Shown here piece by piece: positions 22,601 to 30,065 of a DNA stretch of 64,000 bases; the first letter of the stretch is position 1; the number at the start of each line of letters is the position of its first letter. This stretch comes from Bacillota bacterium (GTDB taxonomy: Bacteria > Bacillota > Clostridia > Christensenellales > UBA1242). The notes beneath the pieces are model-generated. The model was not told the DNA's origin. It did not search any database and saw only the letters and a list, made by a program, of their open reading frames with translations. Both the position numbers and the translations under genes were made by a program. The stretch covers positions 188,140-252,139 of the forward strand of contig WRAS01000001.1 of NCBI GenBank assembly GCA_009780065.1, given 5' to 3'.

Positions 22601-25006
22601 CACTACGTTATAAACGATTATGCATTTTATAACTTTACACATTTACCTTGGGAAAATGCTGTATTGAATTTTAGGTTTGATGCATGGGGCGCGCTTATAG
22701 GGAATCTTAGATTTGAATACTTTGGTGCGCCAATTTTTGGGACCCGTGGAATCATACATGTTCCAGACGCTTATTGGTCTAGTGCTCAACCCTTCGGCAT
22801 AAATCCGTTGATGACAATACCACCACTTAATATTCAAATTGACTGGCAAGTTTTCAGTGAAGTCACTCTTGATTTTATGTCATTGTTTGGTGTGCGTGAT
22901 TGGGGTAATTGGCTTTTACAACAGTTTACATTTAATAACATGACAACAAGTGTAACTGGACCAGAAAACCGTTTTCCAATATTTGTTAATAATTACTCCT
23001 GGCTCAGATCGACGCATGGACAGCAATTGGTCAACGGAACCAGTCGTTTCCAACCAATATTTACACATGCACAATTCGCAGTAGGTGAGACAACAGATAG
23101 TCAAATGCAACAAGCTGCAACAATTTATTTTGGTGAAACACTAACTTTCCCTAGCATGTGGAATTTCAGCAATGACGTAGGTACTGCACCTTATTATGCA
23201 AAACGTGAAGCAGGCTACACCTTCGTCGGATGGAGACTAAATCTTACACCAGAGCAGTCCAGTTTCATCGCCGGAAGTCCAACGCACCTAATGTTTGCGC
23301 CAGGAGAAACACGTCGACGTGGATTGGAATTCAACGATACAACAATTGCTCTTGATGGTGGAACACGCTTCTTTGCGGTGTGGCGAAAGGTTCTTGTTCA
23401 ATTTGATGGACGATTATCGGATGACGACCAAGACAGATTTGCTGCAGAACTATTCACCGATATAGAGGTTTACATTGTTGAACGCGATGGCCTAAACAAC
23501 CCATACCGTGGTGACCGTGTTGGTCTGTGGGATATTCGTCTGTCTACACCAGGCACAGAGATTTTCATGCCTGGTCACACGCACACCTTCATAGAGGGTG
23601 TAAGCAACAGGCGAATGACTTTCACCGGTTGGATTTCGTACAGCGATCTTGGTGATAACTTGGGGTACTGGAACTACAATAATAATTTTGCGGGTCGAAT
23701 TCTACCGGATGGGTTTGCTATATTCGAATTGGGAACTACGGTCACACGATTCCATGCACTATACGATTATTCCAACGTGGAAATTGCAAATCAAAGTGGT
23801 ACATTCACCGTAACTGGATTTACTACGGCTGCAAACTACAATGTAACTAACTACGTGTCTGTTCCACATGCAGTCTACCACCAGGGTTTCATGCATCCGG
23901 TCACGCACATTGCACCACGCGCATTCTTTCACGAAACTGGTATTACACAAAGCATCCGTCTAAGTGACAGCATCCGTGTAATAGGCAACCAAGCATTCGA
24001 ACGCACAAATGCAGGGGAGGTAGCAGTCGGCTGGCTGGATGGTACATCTTGTCATGGACTACATTTCAGTGGTTTCCCTCATCTTGTTGAAGTTGGTGAG
24101 ACACTTGTAATTGGTACAAATGCATTTGCATACAACTATAACCTTGGGGGGGCTGCTCAAACAAGAACGGAATACCTTAATGTGTCTTTGAACCTTCCAT
24201 GGTATACAACATCTATCGGTCATGGTGCATTCCGTGAAACACGTATTCATCGCGTATGTTTTGGTGGATTTGGTGGAAATATATCTAGCCTTCAATATAT
24301 TCATGACAGTGCATTCGAGGGCGCGCGTGGACTTTCCCATATTGGTACATTCCCATCTACACTAAGACACGTTGGTGAACACGCATTTACGCACACACAA
24401 ATTGGTGGACCAGGCAATCCTGGCTTCACCACCCAAAACGTACCGGCATCGTTCCAATTCCACGACCAAAGCAACATACTGTTTGTGGGTCAGATATCCG
24501 GTTCACCGAATGGACGTGCGTATGTTGCGGTGAATGGTCACCTTACGCGCGTATCACAATTGGATGGATTAATTACATTGGTTGTATATGCAACTGGTAA
24601 TATTAACCCAACATTTGACCTTGAATCCCTTGTGGTCGGGCAATTCGTGGTATCCGACATTGGTCACAACGCATTCGCACACCACAGACACTTACAAAAT
24701 ATTATTTTGCCAGAGAGCATTATGGGAAGACAAGTTCGTGTAGGCGACAGCGCATTCGCATTCATGCGTGCACCAAATATCAATATTTTTGTGGGTCACA
24801 GTTCAAGTGCATTCTTTAACTCGCCACCTGTAAGCACCAATGCCTTCCGTAATGCGCCGTTGACAGCCACAATCCGCCTTGTGAATATCACAGGTGCGGC
24901 AGGCAGTCGCGTATTCACGAACGGTAGCCAAAGTCTCGCAGAATGGCAGACCAGTTTCCCAACGCCAACAATTAGAATTCTGTTCACAACAAATTGGCAA
25001 GGATAA
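13691..25006 (+). CDS. giant (3771 aa) membrane-anchored surface protein with Listeria-Bacteroides-type repeats and C-terminal BspA-type leucine-rich repeats
   Basis: Single uninterrupted ORF. N-terminal anchor VVAGGLVAVLLLLGIAMFAMF. At least 12 degenerate repeat signatures: GYEFTGWRIEGG, GYIFQGWEFVGG, GHTFAGWYRV, GFELVGWTTD, GHNFLGWRAL, GYTFVGWRLN, each closed by LYARF, LYAVWQ or FFAVWRK. The C-terminal LRR units are IGNQAFERT, IGTNAFAYN, IGHGAFRET, IHDSAFEGA, VGEHAFTHT, IGHNAFAHH and VGDSAFAFM. Confidence 0.9.
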   Translation: MDRRTKKRVVAGGLVAVLLLLGIAMFAMFGQTFTVYFDPGTGGVLQYEGRRMESIEVSPRNPRRIAGYVPVHQDGKIFEGWRLSATATTNIYDTANINESRTLVAYWRNAEFAARLHVNGVHVRTVPFFSGDAFATLNTQTNDWIIPNTDYFTFHGWSFYDSRGNEMELRRIPTGQPNAGEWNIRQVGTINPPQLINDDNPFRPQTFGNIFHAILTYNPVGLHFHTSPNLATRITMDIDGQFGDTAFVAAPGFTNQSQIDNFVGWRLARHTELEGFSPNGGHLPIPARHLHQFDTLTNSFTTIERFNNAPANTLAQDAQIQMARLNEIFNRTYKPGEAFEIDPLLFYISTRGFSINHTLGIHFLPVFGSDLVPDAGNNDQLFFLRDDRIPGMERLVQVTTTSGDDIPAFLQGGQISFTDVGIVGGRMLAGFSFTNEGIIHTIPTHANLPVNDSRLTQNGSNLFTMIWQDAPGQNVVVNFDFGTEHGSNLIFIGQGAGFISSQDVISQLGTIIARPGDFVIMPSTSMFGVPGMTFGHWQAEDGTIIGGAGAPFQVNSGTYQITAVWINNQSMFAFNLNGGRPGPDFNPDPGQMTITVNQAGQQLAQIPTGRPIRYGYEFTGWRIEGGVSTLLQPGANILVTARRQILVAQWTPMAVSVHLEFSFVNVGLGQVATPANVQRATLTLNVPFDSFIQLPRISRIGDALSNLGAPLAVRNLANAYTDAVQHVGWHFADNRVGSNSPITILPEERIHINEAFAIRNTGSTSDTVLATSGVRATDLKAGLQRDVQIIDSVGSQVTGLDAFRLETQTWEGGFWDVMGNTPVLNTQNDRRITRTDMLARLDARTGITYNRYRQHMMTHTLAGFIYLPTTQVGALGLTTATGWLNAFNPATGTYDGATTAPFVHRFNAQGVVYLPAPMEHMTLFLLWQRNAIEIRVLDNTHNLMSTVQSYHNDNRDHAQLDGTFFQSFVNALPVTERFSRWQVTFFFEFPNGNTYSRNVGNLEEWLFAGGHASIIQPNVGGANPLNLTSHVHRIDVRLVVQDLNSLIVRASHEGEHHGVIRDPLPAQIYADGGSVFNITSLRTGTPSMTIEFGVCRVLAQQIQRASSQRIVAYSTNAGDNARFQANQANPGFLGHVFLPGQQINLFVTPVATFGHSPSWISGGFIPGQSVAQINADSPGTLILHPIFAQVEYSVYINFDADASFNPSAIPGGMGSLVTVNNGVGQIAIPGSFTQFQNFVLNTPSFGVGPGIQLWDAIRNSRMGHYIDTTTPPDAVVNLGVRNQANQIIPRHSLNHSVGMSFTQGAGSLSAISMNYATGENFDEIHLYVLWRVQTVNVRFEIWRDGSYQTIATVNRPFGESLTLHNGQPFINERRGFQLTGWNVMGRAAPLIGSHFALSVNVMLDGNINPGSIDISEMPISPGNHRVREVVFRGFHQGHQVNQIQVVLHDWDFGHTEIVYLDNYDLTNPFRQNVGNPFTLQSFTGTWIVGGDPVWITRQIHTLSWGPARFGDRVFLDFDSQNFTQYLLDPLTGNRIIPNESSGRLLEYWFWRDGNGVERRLERCPEGGHFIRLDDDSMLNALGTAFAVPGLLQIFPRFSDPSTGLLDITGLRGTSNIEIGTNAGDLQNVEDMEELIREHIIRYTTDFAAITPLNGMTLEYTIGSPTGINLYQEFIHNPGTVDNRFIRWGWEMVGFYAYVNNGDRNEPLTREEFRVGDTLTHTFLIPNNVTRPSPLVIRPIWEPIPFVAVIESGVPGGTLPAGVTWGTNFTVRGTSGMGGVYDTLDGFFGSTINLPLLNVNGNFDFWHTDFVHRATPASPILIENVVSWANFENFLVAWDRETIEAAVFHPSGNFSRDTLARSTWPRIYFRGIWDVTANVTVNHNVVMPNAAGVLQTHAVALNPQYDTQIQNVIAARNPNTFITSTFSLRPDVVRVEVGTNQYVYRYVTETVPTLGQQLPSSFRLPSLEHMSIELSNLGIAENLYGMQSRGWFHTNLDAANRIGNENDVLWFNGPVHGTRHTAFSAFAPAWTAPRNITAPGSTTALATVNLFYVFEFVTGHMYFDLNGGLVGGSPSAARVAVTQNDQVNMANASQFPIPTREGYIFQGWEFVGGRHVIGGTMTLVTNYGPAVRNGILTGYTGYGNNGSPAFIENAGRRYGAHTGNLFTVMFVPHPDDFVDVGIRSVHQDGMAIQMRAVWVDRFVPVVFHDAYGNPLGSPFAGIQVREAHAIGNPTQNTDFYNAVFANDAPVPTRIGHTFAGWYRVRTTRVVSAQVLPILTQADYNTFLAAHAINAGSFVTPGAQVFNLYARFVPNYVQFSFNLVGESLPGNATIPNTASLRYGQMHANVLPDPTVFTINDAGFELVGWTTDPNNPLAPTFDPRITRNLFLHDINSGNMSAGGYFSMNVATPMGDSNTQRTSMVSTTVYPGTYVFNLNLYAVWQANYITVTYTSGLGQGSDVIHTGFLFSGNIRNAVGGEGAAIVGPERVGYRRFGMMIIDDAGFQRPGHNFLGWRALDRHENAFTEGPLANRIFFPGEFIPSIRESIYMEAIWVAQGPNMTQLTTIPALPGVSILSMPAPGGGINANFFYMGGRINTHANIVLIPRGFTVMPRESITLTNNNVIHVGLPTAPTRANMSAAGLRLESGAIVAHGLRTLYVNDSLIGVTRDGTNFVNSRGSLVYNIVMAPVVRDLNGRHWGRGIFREYIVMQGNLIVDVAPNNTISNLRYVGRSTKYAYEESINNVGMLFTRTHNENLQQIGGAVRELVAVPGAWGNGNGINNTTLMNVQRIRSNAFLTFTGCHETDYATDLTFDARWLNLQYDRHAFFHTVFANMHFAGTMHHEFISGFNPFLIDVQIATDSHGIGNYAASRITVVPYNTVVRGGCWNCSGHSSNNPHNGLWAITVAGTGGTPPRPILGWDQSIYSQNWQYLVYIFGMPEPITGGGAVCEVCAIGSSHFTIFTGTAIATGPMMHYVINDYAFYNFTHLPWENAVLNFRFDAWGALIGNLRFEYFGAPIFGTRGIIHVPDAYWSSAQPFGINPLMTIPPLNIQIDWQVFSEVTLDFMSLFGVRDWGNWLLQQFTFNNMTTSVTGPENRFPIFVNNYSWLRSTHGQQLVNGTSRFQPIFTHAQFAVGETTDSQMQQAATIYFGETLTFPSMWNFSNDVGTAPYYAKREAGYTFVGWRLNLTPEQSSFIAGSPTHLMFAPGETRRRGLEFNDTTIALDGGTRFFAVWRKVLVQFDGRLSDDDQDRFAAELFTDIEVYIVERDGLNNPYRGDRVGLWDIRLSTPGTEIFMPGHTHTFIEGVSNRRMTFTGWISYSDLGDNLGYWNYNNNFAGRILPDGFAIFELGTTVTRFHALYDYSNVEIANQSGTFTVTGFTTAANYNVTNYVSVPHAVYHQGFMHPVTHIAPRAFFHETGITQSIRLSDSIRVIGNQAFERTNAGEVAVGWLDGTSCHGLHFSGFPHLVEVGETLVIGTNAFAYNYNLGGAAQTRTEYLNVSLNLPWYTTSIGHGAFRETRIHRVCFGGFGGNISSLQYIHDSAFEGARGLSHIGTFPSTLRHVGEHAFTHTQIGGPGNPGFTTQNVPASFQFHDQSNILFVGQISGSPNGRAYVAVNGHLTRVSQLDGLITLVVYATGNINPTFDLESLVVGQFVVSDIGHNAFAHHRHLQNIILPESIMGRQVRVGDSAFAFMRAPNINIFVGHSSSAFFNSPPVSTNAFRNAPLTATIRLVNITGAAGSRVFTNGSQSLAEWQTSFPTPTIRILFTTNWQG
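18154..18161 (+). repeat. G8 homopolymer inside the giant gene
   Basis: tgtGGGGGGGGaccc, coding IVGGDP. Confidence 0.95.
24146..24152 (+). repeat. G7 homopolymer inside the giant gene
   Basis: accttGGGGGGGctg, coding NLGGAA. Confidence 0.95.
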
Positions 25007-25017
25007 AAATCAAAAGA

Positions 25018-25059
25018 ATCAAGGACTTGCATTTAAAAATGTAGGTCTTTGATTTTTTT
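25018..25059 (+). terminator. strong rho-independent terminator after the giant gene
   Basis: ATCAAGGAC (25018-25026) pairs with GTCTTTGAT (25045-25053) with one G-U. The inner pair is TGCATTT/AAATGTA, followed by a T6 run. Confidence 0.8.
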
Positions 25060-25109
25060 AAATAGACCTATATCGATTATTAAATATTTAAATAGTAACG
25101 GAGATAAAA

Positions 25110-26057
25110 ATGAGTAAGATGATAAAAAAATTATCGGTAATTGCACTTTGTCTATGTATGTCGATTTTTGTCGGTGGATCTATGATGGCAAGTAATGTAC
25201 CAAATGGCAAGGTATCATGTCCACCAGATACACAATACGAACAGGAATGCAACGTCAAAGTGAACGATGAATATGAAAATATTTTTATATGCAAAACTTG
25301 CGGCGATGAATTAATTATGATTGAATCATTTGGACATGAAACCAGAACCCTGCGCCAGCGTCTAAGAGGTTTTGTTATACGTGTCACGGACTGGGCAAGA
25401 ACAAAATGCAACCCAACTCCACCAATACAATGCCCGCCGTGCGAGGTCATTGTGTGCGATACATGTAAAGAGCAAGAGTGTATCTGTATCATAGTTGTTC
25501 CGCCAGTGTGTGACAAATGCAGCGAAGAAAAATGTGTCTGTATAATTCCGCCGGTTTGCGATGTGTGTAGCGAGGAAAAATGTATCTGTGTTGTGACACC
25601 ATCTGGCCCAGCAAATGGAACATACGTACCTGCGTTGGATATGCTTGCGGATGCTGTTGTGCAACATGCAAGGCAAATATTAATTGCCGCTGTTTCCACA
25701 GATGCTGATTTATTCTGGATAGAAGTTTTCAGCAATATGATTTACGCCGAACATTTTGATCTCAATACATTCAACAGTGCGAATGATTTTTGGAACGCAT
25801 ACGAGGAATTCATTACTGGCGAACTTGCAAATTTAATTACTCTTGAAATTAATGACGACGTTATTCAAATATCTGTCGCAGAAGGTAATGGTATTATTCA
25901 AGACGCTCTTGGCTTGACAGACATTTCAATTAACACAACATTCACGGTCGAAGAAGAGGGTATTGTGGAATTGGATGGCTATGATATTTATATTGCCTAT
26001 GATGCGGGTATCTTTGTTATTACTTTTGTATGGGGAACGGTTACGTTTTTTATTTAA
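25110..26057 (+). CDS. secreted Cys-rich repeat protein with hydrophobic C-terminus, function unknown
   Basis: Signal peptide MSKMIKKLSVIALCLCMSIFVGGSMMA. 19 Cys fall within about 150 aa, including PPVCDKCSEEKCVCII and PPVCDVCSEEKCICVV. The protein ends GIFVITFVWGTVTFFI. Confidence 0.7.
   Translation: MSKMIKKLSVIALCLCMSIFVGGSMMASNVPNGKVSCPPDTQYEQECNVKVNDEYENIFICKTCGDELIMIESFGHETRTLRQRLRGFVIRVTDWARTKCNPTPPIQCPPCEVIVCDTCKEQECICIIVVPPVCDKCSEEKCVCIIPPVCDVCSEEKCICVVTPSGPANGTYVPALDMLADAVVQHARQILIAAVSTDADLFWIEVFSNMIYAEHFDLNTFNSANDFWNAYEEFITGELANLITLEINDDVIQISVAEGNGIIQDALGLTDISINTTFTVEEEGIVELDGYDIYIAYDAGIFVITFVWGTVTFFI
25434..25596 (+). repeat. intragenic tandem repeat encoding the CxxC...CxC module
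   Basis: Two 48-nt units (25501-25548 and 25549-25596) are preceded by a longer degenerate copy (25434-25500). Confidence 0.8.
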
Positions 26058-26087
26058 TAACTTGTTTTTTTGAAGAACTATATTTTT

Positions 26088-26112
26088 ACCGCCTCATTCG
26101 TAGGCGGTTTTA
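26088..26112 (+). terminator. rho-independent terminator
   Basis: ACCGCC (26088-26093) pairs with GGCGGT (26104-26109), followed by a T-rich tail. Confidence 0.65.
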
Positions 26113-26119
26113 ATTTTAC

Positions 26120-26683
26120 ATGATACAATCATTCATGCAAATAATATCCGGCAGGTTCAGGGGAAAAAGACTAACCCCACTTTGCGACAAAACGACACGC
26201 CCAACCACGAATCGTGTTCGTGAGAATATCTTTAATCTTGTATCTGCAAAGGTTCGTGGGGCAGTGGTCTTGGATCTGTTTGGAGGGACGGGTGCATTCT
26301 CGGCAGAATGTCTCAGCCGCGGCGCAAAAAGCGTCATTGTGAATGATATCGATTCGCATGCGGTTGCGATTATCAAACAAAATACCGCTCTTTGCAAGAC
26401 ACATGATATCAGCATTTTAAACATGGATTATATAGATGCATTGAACAAATTAAAGTTGAAAGGGTATGTCTTTGACCTTGTTTTTTTGGATCCGCCTTAT
26501 GAAACGGACTTTGGTTTGTCTGCGATAAACTTTCTTGTAAAAAATGATATGCTTGCCCAGAATGCTATAATTGCATTTGAAACCGGGCAAAACATAATAT
26601 ATATAGAAGAATTTGATATTAGGTCGCGAAAGTATGGTCGCGCATGGGTTCATATCTTGGCTAGAAAACCAGCCAAAGCATAA
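26120..26683 (+). CDS. rsmD: 16S rRNA (guanine966-N2)-methyltransferase RsmD
   Basis: TRPTTNRVRENIFN, LDLFGGTGAFSAE and VFLDPPY. Confidence 0.9.
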   Translation: MIQSFMQIISGRFRGKRLTPLCDKTTRPTTNRVRENIFNLVSAKVRGAVVLDLFGGTGAFSAECLSRGAKSVIVNDIDSHAVAIIKQNTALCKTHDISILNMDYIDALNKLKLKGYVFDLVFLDPPYETDFGLSAINFLVKNDMLAQNAIIAFETGQNIIYIEEFDIRSRKYGRAWVHILARKPAKA

Positions 26684-27581
26684 TAGCAGCAATAACAGAA
26701 AAAATTGTATGAGTTGCTTTGTACCCAAGGTAAAACCAAAATGACATGCCAAACTTTTTGAAAAAGATGAATCCCTGCATTCCCACACAAATTCCGCCGA
26801 ATGCCAGAATTGCGGTAGGAATTAAAATTGTCCCAAGTGGTGTGAACATGTTTTGATATGTGCTGGCACGAAAAATACCTGCCGTCATTTCCAGTGTGGA
26901 CGAAATTATGGTATCAAGTACAGGGGATAAACTCATAAGTAAATCTAGTTGACTGCCTATTATAAAAAAAATCATGATAAGTCCGCCTACTGCAAAAATA
27001 CCTTGGATGGCGGATGTTAGTGCACGTGAAATCACATCTGGAATGTCAATTTGTTCGGTAGGAGGGGAGATTTGTTTATTGAAAAACGTGCGAATCCTTC
27101 TATATATAAGGCATTTGTACAGCATTCCATTGACCAATGCACCTATAATAATCGCAATAAAAATCTTTATTCCTAATGTTGTATTGGAAAACAAAATTGT
27201 TCCTATTGTTGCGATTACGAAAATAGGGCTGGGTGTGCTTGTAAATGTGGATGTCAAGATCGCATCTTTTTTTGATATTTCCCCTTTTTCATACAGTTCG
27301 CTTAAGATTTTTGCGCTGGTGGGGAAACCACTTAGAACACTGAACAGCCATATTGGTACGATGCCAGCGCGCGTGTGTAATCGAAAAATCTTGGATTCCA
27401 CCATTAATCCGGATATAAAGAAAAATGGGAATAATACGGGCAACACATTAAACACAAACAGTGTCAAGCCACGCCTGCCCGCATCAATAAACCCAGGCAC
27501 GTTTAAAAAGCAAATTACAATAAATGCTACACAAAAAAGAAAAAGTACACACTTTTTCATATTCAAAACTATTGTGTCCAA
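26661..27581 (-). CDS. polytopic membrane protein, YlbJ-like (nucleoside-recognition/Gate domain type)
   Basis: 306 aa, highly hydrophobic. In B. subtilis, ylbJ lies near rsmD (ylbH). The assignment is by context and composition only. Confidence 0.5.
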   Translation of the reverse strand: MDTIVLNMKKCVLFLFCVAFIVICFLNVPGFIDAGRRGLTLFVFNVLPVLFPFFFISGLMVESKIFRLHTRAGIVPIWLFSVLSGFPTSAKILSELYEKGEISKKDAILTSTFTSTPSPIFVIATIGTILFSNTTLGIKIFIAIIIGALVNGMLYKCLIYRRIRTFFNKQISPPTEQIDIPDVISRALTSAIQGIFAVGGLIMIFFIIGSQLDLLMSLSPVLDTIISSTLEMTAGIFRASTYQNMFTPLGTILIPTAILAFGGICVGMQGFIFFKKFGMSFWFYLGYKATHTIFSVIAAIMLWLVF

Positions 27582-27629
27582 GCCATAAAATATGTTACAA
27601 TTGGCGAATATGTATTAAAGGAGAAATCT

Positions 27630-28442
27630 ATGGAAGTAAAACAAGAAAAAGTAAAAAGGGAAAAGGTAAAAAAGGAATTGTATCCGATACTGGAATTCGA
27701 CCCGATATCCAAACCAATTGTGGAACCAAAAAATTACGAAGCATTCTTTGAAAAAAGACGCGGAGTTAAACGTTGCGTGTTTACGTATTTCACCGATGTT
27801 ATAGATGACCTAGAGCGCACATTAAAGGTCAACCAAGTGTTCCGTATCCGAACCGAAGGTTATCGTCCGCGCGTGTACGAAATGAAAGTCGGGAATGAAT
27901 ATATCTACGTTCTGCCTATGCCTCTTGGTGCGCCGCAGGCTGCGCGGATGTTGGAAATCCTTAGTGCTCAGGGTATTAAAAAATTTATGGTATGCGGTGG
28001 TGCAGGGACACTTAACGATGCAAAAACCAAGGATTATGTCTTGGTTCCAACGGTGGCAGTACGTGACGAAGGAACCAGTTATCATTACTTGCCGCCAAAA
28101 CGTGATGTTAAGATGAACCCAAGTGTTATAAGGAAAATCATACAAACTCTTATTGACGAAGGTGTTGACTATGCAAAGGTAAAAACATGGACAACGGACG
28201 CATCTTTCCGTGAAACAGTGGACATAGTTGAAATGCGAAAGAAAGAGGGTTGTGATGTAGTTGAAATGGAATGTTCCGCTTTCCTTGCAGTTGCCGAGCA
28301 CAAAAAACTCCTGTGTGGGCAACTTTTATATGCGGCCGACGTTGTTTGCAAAACTGGCTGGGATTACCGCGATTGGCACACTCGTACTGATCAACGTCTA
28401 AAGTTATTTGATTTGGCGGTTAAATGCGTCATGAAACTCTAA
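27630..28442 (+). CDS. nucleoside phosphorylase (PNP/UDP family 1)
   Basis: LGAPQAARMLEILSAQGIKKFMVCGGAGTL and VVEMECSAFLAVA. Confidence 0.75.
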   Translation: MEVKQEKVKREKVKKELYPILEFDPISKPIVEPKNYEAFFEKRRGVKRCVFTYFTDVIDDLERTLKVNQVFRIRTEGYRPRVYEMKVGNEYIYVLPMPLGAPQAARMLEILSAQGIKKFMVCGGAGTLNDAKTKDYVLVPTVAVRDEGTSYHYLPPKRDVKMNPSVIRKIIQTLIDEGVDYAKVKTWTTDASFRETVDIVEMRKKEGCDVVEMECSAFLAVAEHKKLLCGQLLYAADVVCKTGWDYRDWHTRTDQRLKLFDLAVKCVMKL

Positions 28443-28520
28443 TCGGTTTTTTTCCAGAACTCTTGCAATGTAATGAGTATTTGTGGTACAATAGTTCATC
28501 AAAAAAATGGAGATAACATT

Positions 28521-28886
28521 ATGCGACAACTTGAAGAATTTTTTCAAAAGAAAATCGGTGTAATTGATACGGGTGATGGCCGCTACGCGATAAAGTTTCC
28601 GATGTATAAGATCGAAGGCGGTCTATACGAGATTTACCTTATACAAAGAAATGGCGCGTTTAGTTTGAGTGATGAAGGTGCAACATTGGCCGAATTGGAT
28701 AAAATATTCGAATTGAAAGAGCCAGATGTCATCAAAAACCTTGTCGCAATATTGCGCCAATACGGATGTAAAAAGGTCGGGAATGCATTCCAAATTGAAT
28801 GTACACCAAAAGACATCCACATTAAACTCAGTTATCTTATCCAAGCAATCTCGTTCATGCTTAATATGAAAATTTTTTATGTTTAA
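28521..28886 (+). CDS. hypothetical protein, 121 aa
   Basis: The ATG at 28521 has GGAG upstream. I recognise no motif. Confidence 0.5.
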   Translation: MRQLEEFFQKKIGVIDTGDGRYAIKFPMYKIEGGLYEIYLIQRNGAFSLSDEGATLAELDKIFELKEPDVIKNLVAILRQYGCKKVGNAFQIECTPKDIHIKLSYLIQAISFMLNMKIFYV

Positions 28887-28890
28887 TTGA

Positions 28891-28916
28891 AAAGGGCCCA
28901 AGAGCCCTTTTGTTTT
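28891..28916. terminator. bidirectional terminator between convergent genes
   Basis: AAAGGGC pairs with GCCCTTT (28891-28910). It is flanked by A-rich sequence on one side and T-rich on the other. Confidence 0.75.
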
Positions 28917-28960
28917 GCCCTAGGAATTATTCACGATAATTCCGGATAAATGATAAATCA

Positions 28961-29965
28961 TTACGTACTATTTTTATCTTTATCCGTACTCTGAGACCTC
29001 TGAAAATTTTCGCGCATTTGAAGAAGGTTTGTTTTACGCTGACCTTCTTCGTTTTGTGATTTCTTGTCAAGATGTGATTGATAATTGTGTTTACAATGTT
29101 CAATCCAATCTTTATCAGACATTGCATTTCGCTCGGATTTTGACGTTTGCTCGATTTGTTTATTGGTGTTTGTTTTTTGTGTATCTAATGCATTTAACTC
29201 GTCCATTAGGTTGCCTTGTTTTTTGCGTAATAACTGTATACGTTCTTGAAAGAAATCTGACTTGATGCTAAGTTTCATAGTCGAGGCATCTTCGGCACTA
29301 CTAACTTTTTGCGAGCCATTTTTTTGCGTTCCTGTCATAGGGTCTAAAATTTGCCATTGCAGTTCAAAGTATTTTTCGCCAGTTTGTTCATTTTCAATTT
29401 CCACAACGCGAAAATTAAATGTTACCCCAGCCAATTTTTCAGTCTCTTTTGGTCCAATTTTGATGGGGGAGGGTATGGACGCCTTTTTTTCATCTTTTTG
29501 ATCCACATCAAGGATAGACGTAGTTACAATTGTTGAAGTCTCTTGCAATAAATCAAGTGTGCTGCGACTTTGATGCGTGACAGAATCTTTTTGATGTGAA
29601 AGTTCTGTCATTGTTCCTTTTGCCTCTTGGATTTCTTTTTTCATATTTTCCACAAGAGTGTACGATTGTTCCAATTTATCGATATATTGCCCCATAGTAA
29701 AATCCGGACCTTCTTGCGAATTTGCAATTTCTCTAACAATCATCAATTGTTGTTGTGGTGGCATTTTTGACATATCCATTTCCATGGGGCGAAAGAACTC
29801 TACGGCTATATCAAAGATTTGCTTTGCTGTTTTATCATGTGTGTGCGGATCAACATGAACAAGGAATTCTGTGAACGCACTTCTTATGTCTTGATTGCTG
29901 GGCATCAAATCTTTCCCTGACGTTGTTAAGTAATTCATTAAAATTGTTTTTGCAGACTGACTCAT
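28961..29965 (-). CDS. hypothetical soluble protein, 334 aa, Q/K/E-rich
   Basis: ORF track. No TM segment, signal peptide or motif that I recognise. Confidence 0.6.
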   Translation of the reverse strand: MSQSAKTILMNYLTTSGKDLMPSNQDIRSAFTEFLVHVDPHTHDKTAKQIFDIAVEFFRPMEMDMSKMPPQQQLMIVREIANSQEGPDFTMGQYIDKLEQSYTLVENMKKEIQEAKGTMTELSHQKDSVTHQSRSTLDLLQETSTIVTTSILDVDQKDEKKASIPSPIKIGPKETEKLAGVTFNFRVVEIENEQTGEKYFELQWQILDPMTGTQKNGSQKVSSAEDASTMKLSIKSDFFQERIQLLRKKQGNLMDELNALDTQKTNTNKQIEQTSKSERNAMSDKDWIEHCKHNYQSHLDKKSQNEEGQRKTNLLQMRENFQRSQSTDKDKNST

Positions 29966-30065
29966 GTATTGATTTTATCATCACAGAATATATTTTAGCA
30001 AGAAAGTATTTTCCAGAAAAAAATAAAAAAGCAATAATAAAAGAAAAAGCATGATACAATAACGG

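Noticed and set aside
25088-25735. 215-aa minus-strand ORF overlapping the Cys-rich gene.
   Set aside because: It is antisense to a gene with an SD, a signal peptide and repeat structure. It has no SD of its own, and the repeats explain why the frame stays open.
13549-26119. The giant gene as target of a diversity-generating retroelement or as cargo of a mobile element.
   Set aside because: I saw no reverse transcriptase, template repeat, integrase, transposase or flanking inverted or direct repeats.
26974-27588. 204-aa plus-strand ORF.
   Set aside because: It is antisense to the 306-aa polytopic membrane protein, whose hydrophobic periodicity is far more convincing.
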